Source of the DNA: an uncultured Chloroflexia bacterium
GTDB lineage: Bacteria > Chloroflexota > Limnocylindria > Limnocylindrales > CSP1-4
Direction of reading: 5' to 3'
DNA length: 64,000 bases
NCBI GenBank assembly: GCA_963720755.1
Contig: CAVRGP010000013.1
Coordinates: forward strand, 160,001 to 224,000
Notes under the pieces: model-generated
What the model was told of the DNA's origin: nothing
Database searches by the model: none
The model's input: only the letters and a program-made list of their open reading frames with translations
Shown here: one piece after another, positions 37,567 to 48,600 of the stretch
How the letters are laid out: every line of letters begins with the position of its first letter
Numbering within the stretch: position 1 is the first letter of the stretch
Translations under genes and position numbers: made by a program

Positions 37567-39382
37567 CGTGGGCGACGTCGAGCTTCTGCAACGTCACGAG
37601 CCGATCCTCCGATTCACCCAGGGCGAACTGTTCTTCCCCATGGACGCGACCGCCTATGTGACGAATTGCGATCTCCTGGAAGGGCCGACCCTGCGTGAGG
37701 CGCGTGTGGTGATTCCCGCCGGCCGACTCGACGTCGACCGTCTGGCAGCCGTTGGTGCACCCGCTCCCGGCCAGGCCCAATTCCTCCGCTTCGCGCCCAA
37801 GCCGATGGGTTCGCTCGAGCTTGCCCGCTGGAGGAACCGGCCGGACCGGCCCAAGTTCACCGCGCCCGGTCGCCTGGCGCGAGTCGGGCTCGTCGCACGG
37901 CTGGTCGATGCCGGGCTGGTCCTCTCGCTCCTCCTCCGTGGCCGGGTCCCGGGCGGCACCACCGCGGCCGCGTCGGAACGGTACGAGCGGATCCGGGCGG
38001 GCGATCCCAGGGTCGTCTACCACGGACGGGTCGTCCGCGAGGGCCGCTGGGTCGTTCTCCACTACATGTTCCTGTACGCGATGAACGACTGGCGGTCGAC
38101 CTTCGACGGCGCAAACGATCACGAGGCCGATTGGGAACAGTGTTTCGTGGTGTGCGAGGCGGGCGACGATGACGAGATCCGGCCCGCCTGGTTCTGTGCC
38201 GCTGCCCACGACGAGAAGGGCGACGACCTCCGCCGGCGATGGGACGACCCGCGACTGACCCTGATCGACGGTCATCCGGTCGTGTATCCGGGCGCCGGGT
38301 CCCACGCGACGTATCTCGAGCAGGGCGAGTACATCATGCGGCTCCCATTCCCGGGCGAGCGCAACCTGCGCGGGCCGCTCGGCCTGATCCGGCGCGTCTG
38401 GCGAGATTCGCTCGACCAGCCGGACCCGGGCGACCTGGCGATGAGCGCTCGTCGGGCGCTGAGCGTCCCGTTCGTCGACTACGCTCGCGGCGACGGCCGG
38501 GTGGTCGGGCCGGGCAGCGAGTCTCCGTGGACGCCCCACCTGATCAGTGACGCCGATGGCTGGGTCGATGCGTACACGGGGCTGTGGGGGCTCGACACCG
38601 GCGACCGATTCGCCGGCGAACGGGCGCCCGCTGGCCCGAAGTACACGCGGATCGGGACCGTCCGCCAATCGTGGCACGATCCCCTGGGATTCTCGGGACT
38701 CGACAAGGTGGCACCGCCATCCCAGGAGGTCCCGGCGCTTCGGACGCAGATCGCCGCCCTGGAGGCGACACGGACGGAGACGCTCGCCGAGGCCGAAGGA
38801 CTCGAGCGGTCGCTTCCTCTGCTGCACGCGGAAGTCTCCGCCCTACGCGAGACCCCTGGCGCCGAGACGTACCGGGAGCATCGGGCAGCAGAACTCGCGG
38901 ACGGCGAAGCGCGCCTGGCCGGGTTGCGATCGGAGGCGGTCCAGGTCGGCACGGCCATCCGGGCCGCCGAAGCCCGGGTCGACGCCCTGCAGGCTGGGCA
39001 GCTCGACGATCCGCGGATCCATCTCCATCACGCCGCCGAGCCCGAGCCGCCGGTCGTGACCCAGCGTCGTGCCATTGCCGAAACGTGGGCGGCATTGAGT
39101 GTCGGGCTTCTCATCGTCGGTCTCGCGGTCGTCGTCTGGCTTGAGCTGCTGCCACCGCTCCTTGCCGTCATCGCCCTGTTCGGGTCCTACCTCGCCATCG
39201 AGTCGTTCTTCCGGAACGATGTCCAGATCCTCGTGCTGCGACTGACCCTCGTGCTGGCCTTCATCACCGGCGTCATCCTGTTCGTCACGTTCCTGCGCGA
39301 AGTCGTTCTGATCGGCCTGCTTGCCCTCGGGATCCTGCTCATCCTCGACAACCTCGGTGAAGTTCGGCGGCGTCTCAGCTGA
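37556..39382 (+). CDS. Membrane-anchored protein with a Vps62/NPP1-like domain, coiled coil and 4 C-terminal TMs
   Basis: HEPILRF...FFP, YMFLYAMNDW...NDHEADWE, HPVVYPGAGSHATY, GLWG...PAGP. Confidence 0.7.
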   Translation: MATDVGDVELLQRHEPILRFTQGELFFPMDATAYVTNCDLLEGPTLREARVVIPAGRLDVDRLAAVGAPAPGQAQFLRFAPKPMGSLELARWRNRPDRPKFTAPGRLARVGLVARLVDAGLVLSLLLRGRVPGGTTAAASERYERIRAGDPRVVYHGRVVREGRWVVLHYMFLYAMNDWRSTFDGANDHEADWEQCFVVCEAGDDDEIRPAWFCAAAHDEKGDDLRRRWDDPRLTLIDGHPVVYPGAGSHATYLEQGEYIMRLPFPGERNLRGPLGLIRRVWRDSLDQPDPGDLAMSARRALSVPFVDYARGDGRVVGPGSESPWTPHLISDADGWVDAYTGLWGLDTGDRFAGERAPAGPKYTRIGTVRQSWHDPLGFSGLDKVAPPSQEVPALRTQIAALEATRTETLAEAEGLERSLPLLHAEVSALRETPGAETYREHRAAELADGEARLAGLRSEAVQVGTAIRAAEARVDALQAGQLDDPRIHLHHAAEPEPPVVTQRRAIAETWAALSVGLLIVGLAVVVWLELLPPLLAVIALFGSYLAIESFFRNDVQILVLRLTLVLAFITGVILFVTFLREVVLIGLLALGILLILDNLGEVRRRLS

Positions 39383-39453
39383 CCGATCGCCCGCCCGGCT
39401 GGCCGGATGTGCTCTAATCCAACGGCAGCGACATCCGCCCACCGAGGAGTCCA

Positions 39454-40788
39454 ATGGGCATCACGACCGAGACCGGCGCCATGACCAGCGACGAGATCGT
39501 CGCACTGTCCCGCGCACACACCTTCTTCTCCTGGTCCGTCCAGGGCGCCATCGACCCGATCGCGGTCGATCATGCCGAAGGCGTCTACCTCTACACGCCG
39601 GAGGGTCAGCGGATCCTCGATTTCAACAGCCAGCTGATGTCGGTCAACATCGGCCACGGCGATCGGCGTGTCGTGGATGCCATCACCGCTCAGGCGACGA
39701 AACTCCAGTTCGTCCAGCCCGCCTTCACGACGGAGGTCCGGGCCCGCCTTGGCGCGAAGCTGGCTGAGATCCTGCCCGGCGACATGGACAAGGTCTTCTT
39801 CACGCTCGGCGGCGCCGAGGCAGTCGAGAACGCGATCAAGCTGGCTCGCCACGCGAGCGGGCGACACAAGATCCTGGCTCGCTATCGTTCCTATCACGGG
39901 GCGACGCTCGGGGCGATGACCCTGACCGGCGATCCTCGTCGCTGGGCGAACGAGCCGGGGATCGTCGGCGTCGTCCGCTACCCCGACACCCATCGCTGGG
40001 GCGAGGCCGAGCCGCGGCCCGTCGCCGAGAGCCTGCAGGGACTCGAGGACGTCATCCGCTACGAGGGCGCCAAGTCGATCGCGGCCGTCTTCCTCGAGAC
40101 GATCGTCGGCACGAACGGGATCCTGATCCCGCCCGATGGTTACATCGCCGGCGTCCGCGAGATCTGCGACCGACACGACATCCTGATGGTCGCCGACGAG
40201 GTGATGGCCGGGTTCGGCCGGACCGGACGTTGGTTCGCCATCGATCACTGGGGCGTCACCCCGGACCTGATGACGATGGCCAAGGGGCTGACCAGTTCGT
40301 ATCTGCCACTCGGGGCGGTGGCCATGCGTCACGAGATCGCCGAGAAGTTCGAGACCCAGATGTTCTACGGCGGACTGACGTATAGCAGCCACCCGATCAG
40401 CCTGGCGGCGGCGCTCGCGACGATCTCGGTCTACGAGGAGGACGGGCTGATCGAGCACGCCGCCCGGCTCGACCCGGTGATGCGCGAACACCACCAGCGG
40501 CTGGCGGCCCGGCATCCGAGCGTCGGCGCGACCCGGAACCTGGGCCTGTTCGGGATCATCGACCTCGTCCGCAGTCGCGACCCGTGGACGCCGCTCACCC
40601 CGTTCAACGGGACGTCGGATGAGATGAAGGCGATCGGCAAATACCTCCGGGAGAACGGGCTGTACACCCTCCTGCCGAACAATTCGATCCATACGAACCC
40701 GCCGCTGTCCATCACCGAGGAGCAGCTGGCGGAGGGCTTCGAGATCATCGATCGCGCGCTCGAGATCGCCGACCGGGCGATCGCCTGA
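39454..40788 (+). CDS. Class III PLP aminotransferase (beta-alanine/omega-amino acid type)
   Basis: DFNSQLMSVNIGHG, SYHGAT, ADEVMAGFGRTG, MAKGLTS, GLTYSSHP; GAGGAG RBS. Confidence 0.92.
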   Translation: MGITTETGAMTSDEIVALSRAHTFFSWSVQGAIDPIAVDHAEGVYLYTPEGQRILDFNSQLMSVNIGHGDRRVVDAITAQATKLQFVQPAFTTEVRARLGAKLAEILPGDMDKVFFTLGGAEAVENAIKLARHASGRHKILARYRSYHGATLGAMTLTGDPRRWANEPGIVGVVRYPDTHRWGEAEPRPVAESLQGLEDVIRYEGAKSIAAVFLETIVGTNGILIPPDGYIAGVREICDRHDILMVADEVMAGFGRTGRWFAIDHWGVTPDLMTMAKGLTSSYLPLGAVAMRHEIAEKFETQMFYGGLTYSSHPISLAAALATISVYEEDGLIEHAARLDPVMREHHQRLAARHPSVGATRNLGLFGIIDLVRSRDPWTPLTPFNGTSDEMKAIGKYLRENGLYTLLPNNSIHTNPPLSITEEQLAEGFEIIDRALEIADRAIA

Positions 40789-40819
40789 CGGTGGCCGCGG
40801 TCCGATCCGTGGCAGATCG

Positions 40820-41764
40820 TTGACGACCGCGAACGGCTCTTTGCGGCGGGGCGCCCCTCAGGCCGGCGCGCTCGCGCCGGCCGGTCGGACCCGGGCGCGC
40901 CGCTGGACCGGAATCGCCATCGTCCTGGTCGTGCTGCTCGTCCTCTGGGAGATCGCAAAGTGGCTCGGCGGGGACCCATGGCGCCTCCACGGGACGGTCG
41001 CCGGCATCCGGATCGACTACGAGCACATCCCGCCCCTTGACTGGCGGATCGCCAACGACCTGTCGTTGCCGCACGTGTGGGACATCGCCCGGGCGTTCAT
41101 CGATCCGGCGCAGCGGGGTGGCGCGCCACTCGGAGTGGTCCTGACCGGTCAGGCTGTCTTCACCTTCGGCGAGGCGCTGGCCGGCTTTGCGCTCGGAGCG
41201 CTGCTCGGGCTCGTCCTGGGGATCATGTTCGTCCACTCGCGGCTGGCCGAGCGGGCCTTCGTCCCGTACGTGGTCGCGTCCCAGACCGTGCCGATCCTGG
41301 CGATCGCCCCGCTCGTCGTCGTGGCCCTCAAGGCCGATTGGCTATCGGTCATGGCGGTGGCGATGTATCTCACCTTCTTCCCGGTCACCATCGCCTCGAT
41401 GCGCGGCTTGCGGGCGTTCGATCCGCGCTCACTCGAGCTGTTCCGGTCCTACGCCGCCACCCGCCGCCAGATCCTCTGGCAGCTCCGCCTGCCGACGTCG
41501 ATCCCGTACCTGTTCTCCGGTTTCCGGATCGCGGCCGCCGCCTCGGTCATCGGGGCCATCATCGGCGAGCAGACGGCCGGCGTCGCGTCGGGGCTTGGGA
41601 GCGCGATCATCAACTACAACCAGTACTACACGTCGGGGCCGGAACGGCTCTGGGCGACCGTCGTCATGTGTTCGCTGGTCGGGTTCGTGTTCGTCGGCGC
41701 GGTCAACCTCGCCGAGCGGCTCGTCACCCGGGGTCGGTACCGGTCGGTCGGGGACCTGGTATGA
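40820..41764 (+). CDS. ABC transporter permease (SsuC/TauC-like)
   Basis: SQTVPILAIAPL, FFPVTI, LRLPTSIPYLFSG, IGAIIGE. Confidence 0.9.
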   Translation: MTTANGSLRRGAPQAGALAPAGRTRARRWTGIAIVLVVLLVLWEIAKWLGGDPWRLHGTVAGIRIDYEHIPPLDWRIANDLSLPHVWDIARAFIDPAQRGGAPLGVVLTGQAVFTFGEALAGFALGALLGLVLGIMFVHSRLAERAFVPYVVASQTVPILAIAPLVVVALKADWLSVMAVAMYLTFFPVTIASMRGLRAFDPRSLELFRSYAATRRQILWQLRLPTSIPYLFSGFRIAAAASVIGAIIGEQTAGVASGLGSAIINYNQYYTSGPERLWATVVMCSLVGFVFVGAVNLAERLVTRGRYRSVGDLV

Positions 41765-42618
41765 CCTCGGCGCGGTCGTCCGGGCAGGCGACGCCCATCG
41801 TGGTCGAGGCGGTGGGTGTCGGGAAGGTTTTCGGCGCCGGATCAGGGTCGGTGAACGCGGTCGATGGGGTGGACCTGGCGATCCACGAGGGCGAGTTCGT
41901 CTCGCTCATCGGCCCGTCCGGGTGCGGCAAGTCGACGCTCCTTCGCCTGATCGCGGATCTGACCCAGCCGACCGGTGGGACCCTGGCCATCAACGGCAAG
42001 CCGGCCGCTCAGGCACGATCCGACCGTGATTACGGGATGGTCTTCCAGGCCCCGATCCTGATGGACTGGCGGACAGTCGCGAAGAACATCGAGCTTCCGC
42101 TCGAGATCATGGGATACCCCGCCGACGAACGACATCGGCGAGCCATCGACCTGCTGAAGCTGGTCGAACTCGAGGCCTTCGGCGACCGGTACCCGTGGCA
42201 GCTGTCGGGCGGGATGCAGCAACGCGTCGCGATCGCGCGTGCGCTGTCGTTCGATCCGAAGCTGTTGTTGATGGATGAGCCGTTCGGCGCCCTCGACGAG
42301 ATGACCCGAGAGCGCATGAATGCGGAACTGATGCGGATCTGGCGGCGGACCGGGACGACGATCGTGTTCGTCACGCACAGCATCCCGGAGGCGGTCTTCC
42401 TGTCCACGCGGGTCGTCGTGATGTCGGCCCGACCGGGCCGGGTCTCACAGGTGATCGACATCGATCTCCCGGATGAACGTGGCGTCGAGACCCGTGAGTC
42501 GGAGCCGTATTTCCGTCTCGTCACGCGGGTCCGCGAAGCGCTTCGCCAGGACGAGCCGTCCGATGCGGGACCGGATGACGCCGCGGGCCGGCGCGTCCGC
42601 GCCGAGGGCCTGTCGTGA
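41761..42618 (+). CDS. ABC transporter ATP-binding protein
   Basis: GPSGCGKST, LSGGMQQR, LLMDEPFGALD, FVTH. Confidence 0.95.
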   Translation: MTSARSSGQATPIVVEAVGVGKVFGAGSGSVNAVDGVDLAIHEGEFVSLIGPSGCGKSTLLRLIADLTQPTGGTLAINGKPAAQARSDRDYGMVFQAPILMDWRTVAKNIELPLEIMGYPADERHRRAIDLLKLVELEAFGDRYPWQLSGGMQQRVAIARALSFDPKLLLMDEPFGALDEMTRERMNAELMRIWRRTGTTIVFVTHSIPEAVFLSTRVVVMSARPGRVSQVIDIDLPDERGVETRESEPYFRLVTRVREALRQDEPSDAGPDDAAGRRVRAEGLS

Positions 42619-43391
42619 CGGCGTCGACCGCGCGCGAGTGGGTGCCCGCCATCGCGACGTTCGTCATCGTCCTGGTCGCCTGGGAGGTCGGCTTCCTCGT
42701 CCTCGGCGTCCAGTCGTTCCTGATCCCGCGCCCGAGCGTGATCGGGGAGCAACTCGTGTCCGACTGGGGGACGCTTGCCCGTGGCCTGATGTTCACCGGG
42801 ACGGAGGCCGTCGCTGGATTGATCGTCGGCGTCGCGCTCGGAACGGGCGCCGGATTGGCGACGTCCCGCTGGGCGAGCGCGCGCGAGGTCCTGCTGCCCG
42901 TGGCGATCGGGGCCAGCACGATCCCGATCATCGCGTTCGCGCCGATCACCTTGAACTGGTTCGGGCCGGAGAGCCTCCTCCCGCGCATCACGATCGTCGC
43001 GGTGATGGTGTTCTTCCCGGTCATGGTCAATACGGTCCGAGGGCTCACGAACGTCGATCCGGGCGGACTCGAGCTGCTGTCGTCCTACGCCGCCAGCGAA
43101 CGCCAGACGCTGACCAAGCTGCGCGGGCCGAATGCGCTCCCGTACTGGTTCACCGCGCTGAAGATCGCCACGACCTTGAGTGTCATCGGTGCCGTGGTCG
43201 GCGAGTTCTTCGGGGGGCCGCTCTATGCGCTCGGGATCTACATCACGTTGCAGACCGGGGCCAGCAAGTATCCGGCGGCCTGGGCCGCCATCGTCCTGGC
43301 GTGTGTCCTGGGGATCGTCCTGTACCTCGCCGCCGTCGCGCTCGAGCGATTCATGATCCCCTGGTATACGGACCGCGAAACGGCCCGATGA
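42615..43391 (+). CDS. ABC transporter permease
   Basis: PRPS, IPIIAFAP, FFPVMVN, IGAVVGEF. Confidence 0.9.
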   Translation: MTASTAREWVPAIATFVIVLVAWEVGFLVLGVQSFLIPRPSVIGEQLVSDWGTLARGLMFTGTEAVAGLIVGVALGTGAGLATSRWASAREVLLPVAIGASTIPIIAFAPITLNWFGPESLLPRITIVAVMVFFPVMVNTVRGLTNVDPGGLELLSSYAASERQTLTKLRGPNALPYWFTALKIATTLSVIGAVVGEFFGGPLYALGIYITLQTGASKYPAAWAAIVLACVLGIVLYLAAVALERFMIPWYTDRETAR

Positions 43392-43489
43392 CCTTCCCCC
43401 TGGTGACCTACCATCCACCGTCAGGATGTCGTCGAGGTCGGCCCCGGGATGGCCAGTCGGCGAACAGGGAGTGAGGAGGAGCGATCGAC

Positions 43490-44590
43490 ATGAAACTGTC
43501 TCGCAAGCTGGTTGGTCTGTCGGCCGCGGCCGTGCTGGTGCTCGCGGCGTGCTCGAGCAGCGGATCGTCCGCCGCGGCCCTGACGCCGGTCAAGTTCCAG
43601 CTCCAGTGGGTCGCCCAGTCCCAGTTCGCCGGCTACTACGCGGCGATCGATCAGGGCTATTACAAGGACGCCGGCCTCGACGTCACGCTGTTGCTGGGTG
43701 GACCGAACATCAATAACGTCCAGGTCGTGGCGACCGGCGGGGCGGACATCGGGACGGCGTGGCTGCCGAACATGCTCCAGTCGCGCGAGGGCGGGACGGA
43801 CCTCGTCTCGATCGCCCAGATCTTCCAGCGCTCGGGCACGCGGATGGTGTCGTTCACGGGCGCGAACATCACGACCCCTGCCAGCATGGCCGGCAAGAAG
43901 ATCGGCAGTTGGCTGGGCGGCAACGAGCCCGAACTGTTCGCGGCATTGACCAAGGCCGGGCTCGATCCGACCACGCAGAACATCATCAAGCAGAACTTCG
44001 ACATGTCCGGACTGCTCAACGGCGACCTCGACGTCGCCCAGGCGATGATCTACAACGAATACGCCCAGGTCCTCGAGGCGAAGGACCCGGCCACCGGGGA
44101 GCTGTACAAGCCGAGCGACCTCAACCTGGTCGACTTCAACGACCCAGCGGTCGGGACGGCCATGCTCCAGGACCAGATCTTCGCCACCGATGCGTGGCTC
44201 AAGTCGGGCAACAACGCCGATGTCGCGGAGAAGTTCCTGGAGGCGACCTTCAAGGGTTGGATCTTCTGTCGTGACAACGCCCAGAAGTGCGTCGACATCG
44301 TGCTCGCCAAGGGGTCGCAGCTCGGGGCCAGCCATCAGGCCTGGCAGATGAACGAGATCAACGGGCTCATCTGGCCGTCACCGAACGGGATCGGCCTCCT
44401 GGACCAGACCCTCTACGAGCAGACGGTTTCGATCGCCACCACCTACGGCGTCCTCCAGGCCGCGCCCGCTGATGGGGCGACCCGGACGGACCTCGCCCAG
44501 AAGGCCCTCGACGCGCTCGGCAGCTCGGTCGACACGAAGGGCATGAGCTTCACGAAGGCGACGGTCACGCTGACCGAGGGCGGCAACTAG
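43490..44590 (+). CDS. ABC substrate-binding lipoprotein, NMT1/THI5-like (likely pyrimidine-binding)
   Basis: LAAC lipobox; FQLQWVAQSQFAGYYAA..GYY...GLDV; AMIYNE. Confidence 0.88.
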   Translation: MKLSRKLVGLSAAAVLVLAACSSSGSSAAALTPVKFQLQWVAQSQFAGYYAAIDQGYYKDAGLDVTLLLGGPNINNVQVVATGGADIGTAWLPNMLQSREGGTDLVSIAQIFQRSGTRMVSFTGANITTPASMAGKKIGSWLGGNEPELFAALTKAGLDPTTQNIIKQNFDMSGLLNGDLDVAQAMIYNEYAQVLEAKDPATGELYKPSDLNLVDFNDPAVGTAMLQDQIFATDAWLKSGNNADVAEKFLEATFKGWIFCRDNAQKCVDIVLAKGSQLGASHQAWQMNEINGLIWPSPNGIGLLDQTLYEQTVSIATTYGVLQAAPADGATRTDLAQKALDALGSSVDTKGMSFTKATVTLTEGGN

Positions 44591-44666
44591 CCGCTCGCGG
44601 TCCGATCGACATCGACGGGTCGGCTCGTGATGGGCCGGCCCGCCGATCCTTGCGGGATCCGGGCGA

Positions 44667-45677
44667 CTAGGCGGACCTGGCCCAGGAACGAAGCGTCTTC
44701 ATGTAGTTGGCGCGCTCGAAGGCGGCCGGGTCCCCGACCGTCGCCTGGCTCGCACTGCCCCGGAGTTGCGCGACCGAATCGTATTCGCGCTCGGTCAGCC
44801 ACGCTTGCAGATCGGATATGACGGTGGCGATGTGCTCGGGGCCCTGGCGGAGCAGGGCGGAGGTCATCATCACGACGTCGGCCCCGACCATGAGCCCCTT
44901 GACCACGTCGGTCCCGCTCGCTGCTCCCGAGGTCGCCGCGAGCGACACACGGGCGTCCAGTTGCGGTCGAAGGATGGCGATCCAGCGGACCGGCAAACGC
45001 ATCTCCCAGGGGTGGCTCAACTCCAGCCGCGGCACGACCTCGAGCGCGTCGAGATCGAGGTCCGGCTGGTAGAAGCGATTGAACAGCACCAGCCCGTCGG
45101 CACCCGCGGCGACGGCCCGGGCGGCGAAGTTGGCGAAGGCCGAGTAGAACGGGCTCAGCTTGACCGCCAGGGGGATGGCGATCGCATCGCGAACGGCGCC
45201 GATCAACGCGAGATCGATCGCGTCCATCTCGTCCGCCGTCCGGCGCGGGTCGGTGGCGAGGTGGTAGAGGTTGAGTTCGAGCGCATCGGCGCCGGCCGCC
45301 TCCAGCTGGCGGGCATAGGCGACCCACCCGCCGGGCGAGCTCGCGTTGAGGCTGGCGATGATCGGCACGTCGACGGCCGCCTTGACCCGTTCCAGCGAGG
45401 CGACGTATCGATCCGCCGCGCTGGCCAGACCTTCGACCGCCGGGAAATAGTCGAGCGCCTCGGCGAACTGGCCGGTGCCCTGCTCGAGCGCGCGATCGAG
45501 GTCCAGCGCCTCGCCCACGACCTCTTCCTCGAACAGCGACGGGAGGACGATCGCGCCGACTCCCGCGCGCTCGAGGCGGCGAGCCATGTCGGGGTTCCCG
45601 TTGTCCGGTGCGGCCGAAGCGACGACCGGCGACCGAAGGTCGAGTCCCAGGTAGCGCGTGCGCAGATCGACGCTCAC
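44667..45677 (-). CDS. Dihydroorotate dehydrogenase-like flavoprotein associated with PFOR
   Basis: YLGLDLRSPVVAS, SLFEE, ELNLY, AVKLSPF, LFNRFYQPD, FERANY. Confidence 0.88.
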   Translation of the reverse strand: MSVDLRTRYLGLDLRSPVVASAAPDNGNPDMARRLERAGVGAIVLPSLFEEEVVGEALDLDRALEQGTGQFAEALDYFPAVEGLASAADRYVASLERVKAAVDVPIIASLNASSPGGWVAYARQLEAAGADALELNLYHLATDPRRTADEMDAIDLALIGAVRDAIAIPLAVKLSPFYSAFANFAARAVAAGADGLVLFNRFYQPDLDLDALEVVPRLELSHPWEMRLPVRWIAILRPQLDARVSLAATSGAASGTDVVKGLMVGADVVMMTSALLRQGPEHIATVISDLQAWLTEREYDSVAQLRGSASQATVGDPAAFERANYMKTLRSWARSA

Positions 45678-48600
45678 GATTCGCCTCCTTCGCCGTCCTG
45701 TCCGGATCCCGCGTCACCCTCGACCTCGGCCCCGACGTTCGCTTCGGGTCGATCGAGGTGCGGGACCGTCCGCTCGATGTCGGCCAGTTGCTCGTAGTAA
45801 TGCCGGTGTTCGTCGGCATCGGATTGGGCGAGGGACGCGAGCTCGGCCGCGCGCTCCGGGTGCGTCCGCTTGAGCACGGAGAACCGTGTCTCGTTGCCCA
45901 CGAATTCCGCGATCGGGATCGATGGCGCGGCGGAGTCGAGTTTGAACGGCTTGACGCCGTCGACCTCGGATGGCTGGAACCGATAGAGCGGCCAGTAGCC
46001 ACTCCGGACCGCGTCCTTCTGGTGGGTCATCGACTTCGACATGTCGATCCCGTGGGCGATACACGTGCTGTAGGCGATGACCAGCGACGGTCCCGGCCAG
46101 GCATCGGCCTCGAGGAGCGCCTTGGTCGTCTGGAGGTCGTTCGCACCCATCGCCACCTGGGCGACGTAGACGTTGCCATACGAGCGGGCGATCGCCCCGA
46201 GATCCTTCTTGGCCGTGCCTTTGCCGGCGGCCGCGAACTTGGCCACCGCCCCGCGTGGGGTCGCCTTCGAGGACTGGCCACCGGTGTTCGAATAGACCTC
46301 CGTGTCGAGGACCAGGATGTTGACGTTGCGTCCGGACGACAGGACCTGGTCGACGCCACCGAACCCGATGTCGTAGGCCCAGCCGTCGCCGCCGATGATC
46401 CAGATGCCCGTCCGAACGAGGTCGCCGGCGAGCGCGAGCAGGTGCCGGGCGTCCGCGGCCCCCGGACCGTCGATCCTGGTGAGGCTGTCGCGCAAGCGGT
46501 CGATTCGCTCCCGCTGGGCGGTGATCTCCGGCTCCGTGTCCTGGGTGGCGTCCAGGATCGCCGTGGCGAGGCCTTCGCCGATGTCGGGCGCCAGGCGCTC
46601 GACCAGACGGCGAGCCTGGTCGGTCTGGGCGTCGAGCGCGAGCCGCATCCCCAGCCCGAACTCCGCGTTGTCCTCGAACAGCGAGTTGCTCCACGCCGGG
46701 CCGCGTCCGGCCGCGTTCACGGCCCATGGCGTGGTCGGCAGGTTCGCGCCGTAGATCGACGAGCAACCGGTCGCGTTGGCGACGATCATCCGGTCGCCGA
46801 AGAGCTGGCTGACCAGCCGGATGTAGGGCGTCTCGCCGCAACCGCCGCAGGCGCCGGAGAATTCGAACAGCGGCTCCAGGACCTGGCTGCCCTTCACTGA
46901 ATCGTGCGGGATCAGGCCGCGATCGAGCGGCGCGATCGACTGGAAGAAGTCCCAGCGGACACGCTCCGTGTCGCGGTGGTCGAGGACCGGTTCCATGTTG
47001 ATGGCCTTGTGGCTCGTGTCCGTCTTGCTCTTGGCAGGACAGACGTCGACGCACACGCCGCACCCGGTGCAGTCGTCGGGCGCGACCTGGATCGTCAGGC
47101 GATGATCGAGCAGGTCCCGGGACTTGAATTCCTTGCTCAGGAATAGGGCGGGCGCCGACTCGACCGCCGCGGACGGGAAGACCTTCATCCGGATCGTCGC
47201 GTGCGGACAGACCATGGCGCACTTGCCGCAGTCGATGCAGATGGCCGGATCCCACACCGGGATCTCCTGCGCGATCGCTCGCTTCTCGTACTGCGTGGTC
47301 CCGGTCGGGAACGTGCCGTCGACCGGGAGGGCGCTCACCGGCAGGAGGTCGCCTTCGCCGGCCATCAGCCGGGATGTCACCCGGGTGACGAAGTCCGGAA
47401 CGCCCTCAGGAGCAGACGGTGTCGTCGGCTGGTCGTTCGTGACCGTGCCGAGCGAGACGTGGGCGAGGCGTGCGAGAGAGCTGTCGATCGCGTCGAAGTT
47501 TCGGGTCACGATCGCCTCGCCGCGCTTCGCGTAGGTGGCTTCGACCCATGACTTGATCCGGGCGACGGCCTCATCCGGCGGCAGGATCCCGGCCAGCTGG
47601 AAGAAGCACGGCTGCATGACGGTGTTGATCCGGCTGCCCATCCCGGCCTCGTTGGCGACGGCGGATGCGTCGATCACCCAGAAGTCGATCGCCTTGTCGA
47701 TCAGCAGTTGCTGGACGCCGCCCGGCAGGTGTTCCCAGACCTCATCAGGACCGTACGGAGCGTTGAGCAGGAACGTCGCGCCGTGCTTCGCGTACTCGAG
47801 GACCTTGGTCCTGCCGAGCATCCCGAACTGATGGCAGGCGATGAAGTCGGCATCGTCGATCAGATAGGTGGAGCGGATGGGTTCGGGCCCGAACCGAAGG
47901 TGGGAGACCGTGATCGAACCGGACTTCTTCGAGTCGTACACGAAGTAGCCCTGGGTGAACAGGTCGGTACCCTCGCCGATGATCTTGATCGATGCCTTGT
48001 TGGCGCCGACGGTGCCATCCGAGCCGAGCCCGAAGAACATCGCCTGGACCTCGCCGGCCGGGCGGGAATGACGGAAGTCGTGGTCGATCGGCAGGCTGAG
48101 GTGGGTGACGTCGTCGTAGATCCCGACGGTGAAGTGGCGTCGCGATCTGGCCACGGCCAGCTCGTCGAAGATCGGCTTGATCATCGACGGCGTCATCTCC
48201 TTCGACGACAGGCCGTACCGGCCACCGATCACCCGCGGCGACGTCGCGAAGCGGGGCTTGTCGACGTCCTGTGCCTCGTCCAGGGCGGCCAGCACTTCGA
48301 GGTAGAGCGGTTCACCGACCGCGCCGGGCTCCTTCGTCCGATCCAGGACCGCGATGGCCCTGGTCGTGGACGGGAGGGCCGCGAGGAGCGCCGCGGCAGG
48401 GAATGGCTGGAACAGTCGGATCCGGAGCATCCCCACCCGCTCCCCGGCAGCGACCAGCGTGTCGACCGTCTCCTCGACCGCGCCCGAGGCTGAGCCCATG
48501 ACGACGACGACGCGGTCCGCGTCCGGGGCGCCGTGGTAGTCGACGAGCCCGTACTGGCGGCCGGTCCGGGTCGCGAGCTCATCCATGACGTCCTGGACGA

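Noticed and set aside
44667-45677. DHOD-like gene as the missing PreA or as pyrD
   Set aside because: Lacks the catalytic NxSCP Cys and Fe-S motifs, and is coupled to nifJ rather than to the pyrimidine genes.
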